The position numbers and the translations under genes were made by a program. A DNA stretch of 64,000 nucleotides from Paraphysomonas bandaiensis (Eukaryota; Protista; Chrysophyceae), in the NCBI GenBank assembly GCA_965644295.1, contig CBFFRP010000363.1, positions 248,001 to 312,000 of the forward strand, written 5' to 3'. Below are positions 36,501 to 48,909 of this stretch, piece by piece. Position 1 is the first letter of the stretch. Each line of letters starts with the position of its first letter. The notes under the pieces were generated by a model. The model saw nothing but the letters and a program-made list of their open reading frames with translations, was not told the origin of the DNA and made no database searches.

Positions 36501-38916
36501 ATGCCCAGTGTATCAGTATGTATCATCTGTCTGTTGTTCCTCTCATCAGCCTGTAGTGCCCCCCCTACACACACAGACACTCACCGTATACAGCATGTGG
36601 TTGTTCTCATGGAAGAGAATCGTCCTTTTGATCACATGTTCGGTTGGTCAGGATCTCTTCTTAACGTGAATGGATTAACAGGCGATGAGTTCAATTATGT
36701 GGATCCCTCTGACCACACCAGTGAGAAGATATACGTGGACGACAAGGCTGTTCATCTCAATCCATGTGATCCGAGCCATGGAACAGATGACACCACATAT
36801 AAGATATTCAGTGGGAAAGGGGAAAATTCTGAAGCTAATAATGGGGGTTTTGTGGCCTTTGAGTACAAGAAGCATGGGTCCAGTACTAATTACTGTGATG
36901 TTATGAGAGGGTTCACACCTGAAAATGTTCCTGTTATAACTTCATTGGCCAAGGAATTTGCCATTATGGATCGCTTCTTCGCCTCCGTTCCCGGACCAAC
37001 GGTACGGCTAATGTGTCTATTTGAGTTCAGGGTAACGTTTTTATGAAGTGGCCGAATAGAATGTTTGCTCTATCGGGAACTTCACTTGGAAGCACCGACA
37101 CAAGCGTTTGGTATCGTGATGAGGTACAGTACTTCTTCCCTTGAATGTAGGCACCGTAGTATTCCTCGTGAGAAAAAAATTATGTGTATCTTTGTCATAT
37201 ATATTTGTGTATATGTAAAATACGTTTTGCAGGACGGGAAGCTGTTTCCCCAGCTTACTTTCTTTGATCAATTAGAACAGTCCGGTCACACTTGGCGAAA
37301 CTATTACAATGATACACCCTGGGAATTATTTATGGAGAAATTGGCTCACAGTCCACATAACTTGCAGCCCATGGATGCTTTCTTCGCAGATGCAGCCAAA
37401 GGAGACCTTCCGTCATTTTCTTGGATCAATCCGCGATCTGGCATAAATATCACCACAGGTTATATGTGATTGCACAAATATATGCTAGCTGAACGTCTCA
37501 CTTATTTTCAGGAGTTGGGTCTAACGACCAGCATCCTGATCATGATGTACGTGCTGGAGAGCAGTTTTATAAGGACATATATGAGGCCCTGCGCTCGTCG
37601 CCTGCATGGAATAAAACTTTGTTCGTAATCACATATGACGAACATGGAGGATTTTACGACCACGTAATACCGCCCATGGATAACATTCCGCCTCCAGGTG
37701 CGTCTCATCTCATGTATATGATTCCCACTGTTCATCCACAGTGTACTTCTATAATTTGAAGGAAAGCCTTGTATTCTGATATATTTTTACACCACTCATT
37801 GTATACCCAGGGGACAATACACCGTCCTACCCTGAGGATTTCGGATTTGATCGGCTGGGCATACGTATACCAACGTTATTGATATCGCCATGGATTAAAA
37901 GAGGAACTGTTATATCAGCTCCCACAGATGCTCAAAAGCCTTTTGATAATTCTGAATTTGAGTTGACTTCTATCATGTCCAGTGCCCGTAAGTTACTTGG
38001 AATGGATCCCACCCCTCTAACTGAGCGTGACAAGTGGGCGGCTACTTTTGATAACGTTCTTATGGAATTAGATAAGCCACGCGATGATTGTCCAATACAC
38101 TTACCAGATGCCTTACCCCCTGATACTTCACACAATTCCCTGTCAGCTGGAGAGCATTTGCTCCCTGTAAATGATCTGCAGAAAGACATCGCCCGTGTTC
38201 ACTCGTATCTCTCCAATGAAAGAACGAACTATAAGACCCAAGGAGAGCATTCTTTATGGGTTCAAGCACAGTATTCGAAACACGCAAAATTGACTAAGCG
38301 ATGGATAGATTCCAAATCGAGTTTGGTCGATACTTATACCGTGGTAACAATGCCAATCGAGCTGTACACAGTCCATGATGACAACGGTTGGTATTTGAAT
38401 GGCTTAAAGCACGGTGATGATGGGAATTACACGAATTCAACTGCTCCGTATATCACTCTCTCCAGCCGAGACTTAGTTGCGACTTATTCTGGAAGTGATG
38501 GAACAGAGGTTACTCACCCCATATGCTTAGATGCTGGTGAAGGAATGGCGGGAAGCTATTTAAAAGTATCTATATGTTATCCAAGCCCCAATCCAGATAT
38601 TAACAGAGATGCGAAACAACATTTTACGTTTCACGCGGACGGAACACTGAGGTACTATAACGCTGACATGATGGCGCCTCCGCTGTGTGTCACGAACGCT
38701 AACCCAGAGCTCGATAAGCCGAAATCTTTTAGAGCTTATCTGGAGGTAGAAATTGATCGATTTGTAAATAAAATTTGTAAATATATTGGTCAGGTATGTG
38801 ACGGGAGGGTTGAGCAGTCATGGGCATATCATGGGGTCGCACCTGGTGACAGTGGAGGAGGCACGCTGCAGTATGGTGATGTTGCCAATACTCTTGGTAT
38901 CGTTTCTTCTTTGTAA
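36501..38916 (+). CDS. secreted non-specific phospholipase C / phosphoesterase with ricin-B-like C-terminus, multi-exon
   Basis: IQHVVVLMEENRPFDH, SVPGPT|WPNRMF, NDQHPDHD, ITYDEHGGFYDHV, FDRLGIRIP..ISPW; C-terminal CLD...C...QHF / CVT...C...QSW. Confidence 0.88.
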
Positions 38917-39431
38917 GGAACCCACTGAAGTCACATAAAACTGACCTTGAAGTCGTGGTATATTTGTAACTGTATTTAAAGGTTTTGTGGTTACGATTGA
39001 AAAGCAGAAAGCTTTAAGCTTTCGGGTTTCGCTCTCACATGCAGGAATAGACATTGCTTGAAAGGGAGCAGTTATTACGTTATTATCCTTCTGGTATTGA
39101 TATGATGATTATGCTGTTTTGTTTGTCGTATATATAATGGAATGTATCTAAAATTTAATTCCAATGTCAATCAAGTGAGGTATGTGCGTTTTGCATGAAA
39201 TGGTTTAATTGTTTAAAGGCATGTTGCTCTATAACGGTAATTGCAAACTCTAAAGAATACAAGTAAGCTTCGAAAGAAAGATCACTTTTGCACAGTAGTC
39301 AAACAAGATACCAGCAGGTGGAAATCCACATTTCTAATGATTGGCCCCTTGCTATCATGTGGGTTTGATTCTGTCGTAATAAGTCTAATTCCAAGTTAAA
39401 TGAAGCATGTCAAGCTGTGCAACTATGGGAT

Positions 39432-40267
39432 AGGAAAGTCTGATTATTACATGAGAACGGTTGTGTACAGAAACTAGTTATATATCTATAGACTAACTAA
39501 TAACTGGACTTGCTATATACTACTAGTGGCGGGCAACCGTCTCGGGACTGCTTGTGCATCGCTGCGAGCACCATGGTGCAACCGTCCCTTGTAGTAAGGT
39601 TAGTCGGGGGGTCTACGTTTGGGCGGGCCTGTGCCATGGATTATGTGAGGGGTGAATGGGGCGAGATGTATATGAGAGTGTAAGTCGGTGGTGGAGATGG
39701 TGCTGGTTGTCGAGGTGGGGTTTCGGCCACAAGTAAGGAGGAGTTCTTTCCGGAGTGGTTGCGCTTGCCTCTGTCGGGTTTGGACTCTTGCAGAGGGTAT
39801 AATTCTTGGGGTGGATGTCGGGTGAGTATCCGGGACACCGGCGTTGCTGTGAGTGTGTCGTGACCGGTGTTGCCAGTGCCGTGTCTGCGTTGTGGTGTCT
39901 GAGTCCCCTATTTCGAAGCATGCGGAGCCCTCCATCATATAGGGGGAGCAGGATAGAGGTGATGGAGTTTTTGAGGGCGTGGAACTGATGTTCGAGAAGT
40001 GAGCTGGATATGTGGCGTTCGAATGCGTCGGCCAATTGTGTGGCAGTAATGTGGCCGGTTCAGTAGCGCTCAACCTGGGGGGTGTTTGAGTTCCATGCGA
40101 CTTATTTGGCTAGTTTGATTATGGCGGTGTAAAACCAGGGATGGGGGAGCGTGCGTGTGCGAAGTTTGTCAAGCTTATTGTGGTGTGCTTGGTGGACATC
40201 TTCACGTATGTGAATGATGTCAGGGTGAATGCAGGTGAGAAGTATGTGCGCCATGTTTTCTGTGGGG
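39432..40267 (-). mobile_element. 5'-truncated LINE (C-terminal ORF2 + 3' UTR)
   Basis: 16-bp TSD TGTGCAACTATGGGAT at 39416-39431 and 40268-40283; ENMAHILLTC knuckle half; disrupted ORF ending KRRPPD*; shared 3' structure at 39544-39588. Confidence 0.88.
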
Positions 40268-40549
40268 TGTGCAACTATGGGATGACTTGAATTTCTTTCA
40301 ACGTGTGTAAATAGAATTACAGGAGGAAAATGAACACCTACTCGACCTCCACGACGCTGGTGCATTGTGAACTCAAGCTAGTACATTGTCTAGCGTCATC
40401 TGGGCAATAGTGCTGCTTCGAAAGGTAGTCGTGAAGATTCAAGGTGGCAACAAAGCCTCACTTACCCGGGTGGAAAAGGGTCGAATTAGTTATCGTCGCC
40501 TCGGGGATGAAATAACAGTTGAGTAAGCTTTGTTGGCAGCTGATGTATA

Positions 40550-41230
40550 TATATTAAACGTCTTTTTATTTAGCAGTAGGCGTTAGAAACCTGTACCAAT
40601 ATAGTGGTTAGTTGAATGCTAGTCATCATGCTAGTTAGACCTCTACCCATAACTAATCCGTACAAATTCCATTATCCTACTATTTAACGCTACAGTAGCT
40701 GCTTGTGCGTCGCCGCAAGCACCAAGGTGCAACCACTTCCGTTCTAAATTTTGTTTGAGAGTTTCGCCCTGCTTGTGCGTCTTTGACTCACTGGCGCGTG
40801 ATGTCTGGGGGTCTTCCCTTAGGATACGGCTCTACCAGGCTCTGTGGTACAGGGTTTTGCATTAATGTCCGAAGTGTACCAAGTACTAGATGGGTGTTCT
40901 GTGAGGGGATTGGAGTGGTGGAGGGTGTCGTTGTTTCCTTGCATCGCTTGGGCATCAGGCATAGGTGTAGTTGCCGGAGACGGCGTCTTTGTCGAGGACC
41001 AGATGTTTTCAAGCAGTCCGGTGCTTTATTCCTGCGTGCATGAGAGGTGGTGCATGTGGTTGCATGTGGTTCAAAATGTTGCCCTGCTTGGAGAGAAGGG
41101 AACAGTCTGAGCCCGGACCCGCTGATGGGACACAACCACGGTCTCAATAAAGACATTGAGCTTGGAGCGAGCTAAAAAGGTATAACTTTTTGTTGAACTG
41201 TGTTTTTACCAGAAGAGGAAGAGTTTAGTT
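40550..41230 (-). mobile_element. 5'-truncated LINE (ORF end + 3' UTR)
   Basis: 13-bp TSD CAGCTGATGTATA at 40537-40549 and 41231-41243; EPYPKGRPPD; 3' UTR closely similar to SINE copy B. Confidence 0.88.
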
Positions 41231-41867
41231 CAGCTGATGTATAACTACTTGAGTACGTAGTTTAGTATCAATTAAATTCAATTAATTGGGACAGCAAGTA
41301 ATAATTAAAATTATAAATGACTGTAACCTGTGTCAATGAAGTGTTACTCATCCCTGATCAGAAATCTAAACTCAACATAATGACGTTTGTGATACAGATA
41401 TGCATGAAATGAGAAACGGCACTGATGTGTTGATTTATTGCTAAAGAAGATTTAGAATAGTTAGGAGGAGTTTTAAACTTGTCAACTATAGAGGTAGTTA
41501 TTGGATAGCTGCAATCAACAAAGGCTGGCCGTATAAAACTCACGGTACAGAAAATTACGTATAAACTAGCTAATGGAACAACAATTACTACGTGGTAAGC
41601 AACAAGAATGCGCAGGTGGTGTGTCCTACAGAACTTAGAAAAAATGGTAAAACTCGTACAATCATAATTCTTTATCTGAATATCTTGTAAACACTTTAAG
41701 TTTCCCATGATTTATAATACTACGATTGCTATCATAAAACATCACGCAAATTTCCTGCTATGTATACAAAATCCATAATCACGTTTACTCTGTAAACCTA
41801 GTGTATGCAATGTCAGTTAAAAATATTTATCAGTGTATAGCAGTGGGAAGTTTCGCAATGCACTGCA

Positions 41868-43547
41868 CTACACACAAAGGCCGTCTACGATACTATCAAA
41901 TAAACCATCGATGTCAACAGACTCCGCGAAATGCTGAAGCCCTTGAGCTGTGAGCACGGTATACTCCTCAAAGTTTTCGTTGGCTACTGACGATTTCTGT
42001 TCAATACGTACTAAGAGGTCATGGACATTGCCGAAATAGTCGTCTAAATTGCACACAGTACCATTGATGATGTCGGGAGAGTAGAACTTTGGTTGAGTCC
42101 ATCCATCATTTACCGTATCAAATGGGTTAGTAGTACTCCCTTTCATAACAACCTTGAAGCTGCGATGTCGGGAAGGGCAGGCGCGAGTATTCGGGAAAAT
42201 GACACGATGCCCTAGGGAGGTTCCTTTCGCTAGAAGTATGGCTCGTAACATATTAAAGTTTGCTTTGGATAATCCGAAAAAATTGGGGGTGAATCGGCGA
42301 TCCGCTGTGAACAAAAGAGTTGCAAGAGACGGAATAGGGCCTGAACAATATTGCGCCTCTTTCGATGCAGTGAACGCATATTCTCCATGAAAACAGAACA
42401 TATCACCATAAGACATCGCCATCGAAGTGTCTATACCAGCACTCAAGTTCTGATTTAGAAACGAGACCACTCTATCGGGAATCGGTTCATAAAACGCAGA
42501 AACTACTTCTGGATAAGTTTCAATTGTTGTCCCTACAGTACGTACAATCTTTCTAAATTTATGAAATGTATCGATGCCTTCAGATTGCGTCAACAATTTC
42601 CGTTGAGCCCAATCACGATGCCCTGACGAGTCGAGAGCTAAGATATTTTTATATCGTTTTTTTGATTCTGCAGCTTGATATTTAATCAAGCGAGAGAAAG
42701 CTTCCATTGTTGTGTCTCCGCTCCTTGGATGAGTCTTCTTCCCCCAAAGCTGGTTGTCGATGTGTCTATTGCTAGTGGATGTGTACAGGGCATTCGCGAG
42801 ATCCTTGTATCGTGACGGGACTGCCCAGTCCACAAGAGTTCCGTCATCCCACTTCCTGCCCCTGGGACCAGGATATGTAAAGTACTCCTCCCACGACAAA
42901 CCAGAAGTTATGCCTCCTTCTAACACATTTAATGTTGCAGTTTGCAGGTTTGTCGCAAGAGCTCGAAGGTTTGAAATCTTTGCTGAGTTGCCTCCTGTTT
43001 CAGCATCTGTCAAATCACCAATGACTATATGCAAACTCGAAGTGTAATATAGCATAACTTCAACAGGATCTGTGGTTGATGCCCATACTGTTTCATATGG
43101 GGGTTGGGCGCCCGGTTTTTTCTTGTCAAATGGCCAGGTGGCGTACTTCATTTCAATTCCAGACAATGGGAAATAAGCAAAGGCGTACATACCCAAAGTA
43201 GTGTACAATAACTCAGCCGATTGCCGATCCTCCACACTAAACTTTGAAAACGCCACAGGAATTGTCTTTTGAGCACTTGATTGGAACGATTCGCGCACTG
43301 GACATGCAGACCTTCCAGCCAATCTCTGCACAGGAGGCTGCACGGAATACCACAATCCCAGCAGCCCTATCAGCAGTCCGCTCACCACAAAACACCACTT
43401 CAACGCCTCCACATAACTATTTCCAGCAGACACTGCATGTGGCTTCACTGTCGATGTCTCTGAGTCACTCTGAGTGTGCAGAGCAGAAGAGGACACAGGC
43501 AACAGAGGACTCTCCTCGTTAGCATACTGTCCTCCACCCAACACCAT
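41868..43547 (-). CDS. uncharacterised type II membrane protein, 559 aa
   Basis: Single long ORF, N-terminal EESPLL dileucine motif, one TM (WCFVVSGLLIGLLGLWY); no family recognised. Confidence 0.75.
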   Translation of the reverse strand: MVLGGGQYANEESPLLPVSSSALHTQSDSETSTVKPHAVSAGNSYVEALKWCFVVSGLLIGLLGLWYSVQPPVQRLAGRSACPVRESFQSSAQKTIPVAFSKFSVEDRQSAELLYTTLGMYAFAYFPLSGIEMKYATWPFDKKKPGAQPPYETVWASTTDPVEVMLYYTSSLHIVIGDLTDAETGGNSAKISNLRALATNLQTATLNVLEGGITSGLSWEEYFTYPGPRGRKWDDGTLVDWAVPSRYKDLANALYTSTSNRHIDNQLWGKKTHPRSGDTTMEAFSRLIKYQAAESKKRYKNILALDSSGHRDWAQRKLLTQSEGIDTFHKFRKIVRTVGTTIETYPEVVSAFYEPIPDRVVSFLNQNLSAGIDTSMAMSYGDMFCFHGEYAFTASKEAQYCSGPIPSLATLLFTADRRFTPNFFGLSKANFNMLRAILLAKGTSLGHRVIFPNTRACPSRHRSFKVVMKGSTTNPFDTVNDGWTQPKFYSPDIINGTVCNLDDYFGNVHDLLVRIEQKSSVANENFEEYTVLTAQGLQHFAESVDIDGLFDSIVDGLCV

Positions 43548-43688
43548 AACAGCCTATATCAAGAGAGAAATGATAGAAAAGATAGACTTGTTGTCTAGTC
43601 CATTAAATACTATCAGATCCAACATCCCTCTGCCAGAATGCAACATAAACAAAGCACACCCCGATGTCCACAACCACATAACACACTG

Positions 43689-44056
43689 TACACATACATA
43701 CATATGCATACATACATACATACATACATACATACATACATACATACATACATACATACATACATACATACATACATACATACATACATACATACATACA
43801 TACATACATACATACATACATACATACATACATACATACATACATACATACATACATACATACATACATACATACATACATACATACATACATACATACA
43901 TACATACATGCATACATACATACATACATACATACATACATACATACATACATACATACATACATACATACATACATACATACATACATACATACATACA
44001 TACATACATACATACATACATACATACATACATACATACATACATACATACATACA

Positions 44057-44090
<34 letters not shown>

Positions 44091-44279
44091 CATACATACA
44101 TACATACATACATACATACATACATACATTCATACATACATACATACATACATACATACATACATACATACATACATACATACATACATACATACATACA
44201 TACACATACATACATACATACATACATACATACATACATACATACATACATACATACATACATACATACATACATACAT
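43689..44279. repeat. (TACA)n microsatellite, ~0.6 kb
   Basis: Near-perfect array. Confidence 0.99.
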
Positions 44280-44685
44280 TCTGGATCCATCGCATCTTGC
44301 TGTAATCTGATTCTGTCTGAGGCTGACAAACGGTGCTGCCTTCTGTACAGTGACGATTTCTTGGCATGTAGTCGCCTAACGCGTCATTGCGCTTAATTTA
44401 AACATTTGAAATGCGGAATTCGTAAAAATTACTACTCACTGTGTTCTAAAAGTGTGTATTCGTCACTCTATTCTATCAGGGTTATGGTTAGGGCTAGGGA
44501 AGAAAAGAGAAGTATGTAATATGCACTTACAGAACACTCTACTCCTCTACTTCCACATAAGTATTTGCAACGTGGGCTGTCTCTCACTCTGACAGCACCA
44601 TGTTAACCTAGAAACCTAACTGTAGTATACTAGCATGCTGAATGATGAATTATCCAGTGTACGGGGAGGGGGTAATAGATAGATC

Positions 44686-44744
44686 ATGTCCACAACCACA
44701 TAACACACTGTACACATACATACATATGTGTACAGAGGTTGTGG
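44686..44744. repeat. 43-bp direct duplicate of 43664-43706, embedded in a hairpin
   Basis: ATGTCCACAACCACATAACACACTGTACACATACATACATATG occurs twice; inverted pairs CCACAACC/GGTTGTGG and CTGTACACATA/TATGTGTACAG. Confidence 0.85.
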
Positions 44745-46020
44745 CAATAGATAGGGAGTGTATCTAGACTAGTGTGTTGAGAACTATATTAATCAATCGT
44801 GGTGTATTTCTCACTGAAGTCAATATTTGGAACTTTCATTTCGTTTATTAGAAATGCTTGTGCGTTACATAAGTGAACACGTCATGTTACAGAATTGTGT
44901 ATATATGTAAAATAGAAAGTTTTTATTTCTTAGTATGTGTTCCTAGTTTTGTCCGAATTATATGCCCTGTGGAATAATATATTTTATTTGTATAAGTATA
45001 AGTTATATATTTATATTCAAGTTTTAACATACTGCGTATTATTATATTGCACAAGCTGCTATTTTCATGTATTGATAGAGCAGGGAGGACTCATACTTAT
45101 GGAGCCCTTCGGATACTATAATATTTAATACACGCACAAATATATATGAATGTACCCTTCCTGTCTTGAATAGCAAAACATATGTGAAATTGTTAGTTCA
45201 CGTAACCGTCAATGTATTATAGTTTTCGCGTTGACTCACCACATACTATCCGTTAATAGTAGAGCACTGAAAATCTACATGAATACGAAGGATGTGTAAC
45301 TCTATAGAATTAAGGTTTTTGCTTTTCGTGGTACGTTCAATTTTCCATGTCCACAATACAGCTTTCATGTCATATATATTACTATTACGTGGTAGGCTTT
45401 AACTTCTTCAACTTGAAACTTCTAGTATATATTTTTTCCAGATATGTGCTCATGAATCTACAGTACACTCGTGTACTACACTGCAACAACAACCATCATT
45501 GAATACACAGTTATAAAATGAATACACCTTACTTCAAACCTATCACAATGATATTTCTAAGCTGTAAACTGTAAACTACTTATTGTTAACATCGTTCGGG
45601 TATCGAATTGATATAAGACAGATAGCCATGGCGGAATACATATGTATATTTCTTCGACAAAAACGAATGAAAATACGCTTCAAGAGATGCAGTGCACAAA
45701 AGCTTACATAAAACTTATTTCTATGGCTATGTTGTTCATTGCAATGATACGACCATGGGAAATAATGGAGCTGACTTTCGTGTTAGAGAATTGACAAGCT
45801 TTAACTTACAGTCGGTTGATGCGACAATTATTCTAAGACTGTTATAAAATTATATACTCCCTGCGAATTCACTGCGAAATGTTCATCTGGAATCAGCGTT
45901 GATTTAATATGGATGTATTATACGAGTTCAACAGCAGTAATACGAGCCTCGTAACGGACCGTATCTTATTCGACATCAAAGAAATATTATTTTTATAAAA
46001 CATCAAAATATAACTGAAAT

Positions 46021-46343
46021 TTATTTACTACTTTCTTCATATCCGTGCTCAATCATATATTCTCTGACAGTGTCGTCGTTGTAGTATCTTCCAATGCAGC
46101 TGGAATCTAAAAAATAATTAGAAACATTGGAAGTCAAGAGAGACAAGCAATTTTACATCTACTTTTTTCTTCTCTGCAGGAAATGAAAGATAACATTCCA
46201 TTTTCCGCTGCACAAGCCTCATATTTGTTGTACAAGTCGAGGCATTTGTTATGTGCTTCTGCTCTCAAACTAGTTGTCAAAATTTTCTTCTGTGACTGAC
46301 GAATGTGTTCCTTCACGGCATCCATTTCCTTTCCGTGTGGCAT
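46021..46343 (-). CDS. twin CX9C mitochondrial intermembrane-space protein, Cmc1 family (2 exons)
   Basis: LRAEAHNK-CLDLYNKYEAC...CREEKSR|YSSC gives two CX9C motifs after splicing. Confidence 0.75.
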
Positions 46344-46907
46344 GAATCTCGTCCTGCCAATTTATATCAATACGAGGCAAGGAGTGTCGCTTAGGATGGT
46401 AGTTGTTCATCTTCTGTAAACACACAGCAGGTTGCAATGCTCCACACATAGCAAAACCATATACGATTATCCAATCATAGTGCTTTTTATAGGTTTATCG
46501 CACTATCATTGGATACGTCAAATTTATATCCAATCAAATCGCTTGTAGTTACTGCTGACAGAAGTGCGCCATATCGAACACAGAAGTACCCCTACAAGAT
46601 CACATGAGAGCAAATCATAAGCCATAATCTTCATCTCCTTGAAAACTATTTGTCAATGTAAGCGAAGTCAATGAAGTGGAAGTGAGGAAGTACTTCAAAT
46701 TAATCGGCTGTATAGTATATGAATAGCTTGTGTATGCTGGGCCATATGGTGTATGTGCTCACCTTCAGTTCAGTTTGAGTTCATCTCATTTAAACAATCA
46801 CACATACACTCCTATTAGGGACAGCAGGGACATGGACACGATGAATCTTCTCGCTTATTTCATCCACTATCTGATGTGAGTGTACATCAGCCTGAGCTCT
46901 CGGAGTT

Positions 46908-48213
46908 ATGGGAAGATTTTGCAATTGGACGCTACTAGGTGAGGGCTCTTATGGATCTGTGCACCGGGCCTATGACCTCATTCAAAGACGATACGTGGCT
47001 GTGAAAACATTCAAGCCCTCTGAATATGATGACAGTGGAGAGGTTACAGTTACAACTATGAGAGAGATATCCATCCTGAATAGTTTGAGTTTTCATGAGA
47101 ACGTTTGTCAGCTGATCTTCGTTCATCATCAACAAAAATCTACAGAGAGTTCGGTGCAACTGATTTTTGAATTAGAGGATATGGATTTGGAGGACTGGGT
47201 GATAAAGCTTAAAGGCAGGCGCGTGAGCTTAGTAGACTGTAAATATATCACATATCAGATTCTTGTTGGTACTAATCACCTTCATAATCACCGAATCATG
47301 CATAGAGGTATGAACACGTGTTGTTTTATGGAAAGCGTAACGCCTTTGCAGACCTGAAGCCTGATAATATTCTGGTGCAGGATAAGAGTAAAACTGTATC
47401 GAACTAAGTTTTTCTTCAGATAAACAAAACCTCAAAGCGCATTAAGATAACTGACTTCGGTCAAGCACGCCTACTAGATAATTTGGGCACTGGTACCAAA
47501 TATACGATGGAGATTCAGGCTCTATTCTATCGTGCACCGGAAGTACTTTTAGGATATCAGGAGTACACTGAAAAGCTAGATGTATGGTCTATTGGGTGAG
47601 GAATATACTACGCTTCTAGCGCTTGATATGAATGATATGGCATCATTGTGCGGTAGTTGATACTGTAGCATATTACGATGGATGTAGCGTTCACTTTGAC
47701 AATACAATATATTACGTTGAGTTATGTGTCTCAAACGTAGCTGTGTACTATGAACATAATGAAGTATATATTACGCAATAATATTTATTGATTTGCTCAC
47801 TATAGATGCATAATGGGAGAGCTTCTGCAAGGTGGACAACTTTTATTTTGTTCTGAGTTTTGCACCGAGATCGAGCAAATACACCGAATATTTCAGGTTT
47901 GACACTTTTTGTATTACTCCAAGTTACTTGTATATGTAGCATTCCCACCTGCTGTTATATGTTAATTGCTATATATTATAATTCTATATGCGTGTAGATG
48001 CTTGGAACACCCACCCGGAACTTGTGGCCTGGTGTTCTGTCTTTCCCGTGGTTTCGTCCAAACTTTCCGAGTTGGCCTCCACGCAGTATTCGTGTTCTTT
48101 TTCCTACTTTGAATTCTTCGGGTGTAATCCTCTTAAAGAAATTGCTCGCTGTGGATCCTGCTCAGAGATACAGTTGTAATAGTGCTCTACGTAGCTCATT
48201 TTTTTCTTCGTAG
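46908..48213 (+). CDS. divergent cyclin-dependent kinase, multi-exon
   Basis: GEGSYG, VAVK, TVTTMRE, HR|DLKPDN, DFG, YRAPE, DVWSIGC, LGTPT..LWPGV; 5' end uncertain. Confidence 0.88.
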
Positions 48214-48909
48214 AATAACCAGTCGCTGGTTCTTATTTTCAATTTGATTATCTGTGTTGAATATCGCCGATTCGATTTTTGATAATTTATGTTGAGGTAA
48301 GTTCTAAGAACTTTATAACAGTGATTCTATTTAGTTTACTTATATGAGTTCATTTAATCTATTGTGTAAGATAAAGTCACTGTAATTGTACTACTCATCG
48401 TTAAATCAACTCACTACATTTTGAATTCCAAACGTATACTCTGCCTCGATATAAGTTCGAGTTAGTTAGACTCAACCATTTCTTGTTGTGGTTAGTTAGA
48501 CGCAACTATTGTGGGCCAGTGGCAGTAGAAAATTTGCTTAGTGAAGTACTAGTATATAGTACTTAAAAAATTGTTGGGCTATTGATTATAATGAACGCAG
48601 CAGATCGCTGCTCGTAATGTTACCGCACTGAGGTCACCGCACCCCAAGTTTAGAATATTTATAACAAATGACTGAATTGATATCGTAAATTTAACGAATA
48701 ATTATAATGAAAATATGGCCTTCATAATACTCCGAATTCTGACTTCTACTTCGAAGTAATAAAATAAATATAATAATCCATCCACTAAATGAATTAACAC
48801 CACACATAAATACATTCAGGAAACACATACATATGCAACTCACATGTCCCAGCAATATATGGGACGTAGAAGCAAAGGCGGGTGATAATAATATCCTTGT
48901 GCAGTTAGT

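Noticed and set aside
44478-44499. Telomere-like GGGTTATGGTTAGGGCTAGGG
   Set aside because: Only 3-4 degenerate units, internal position.
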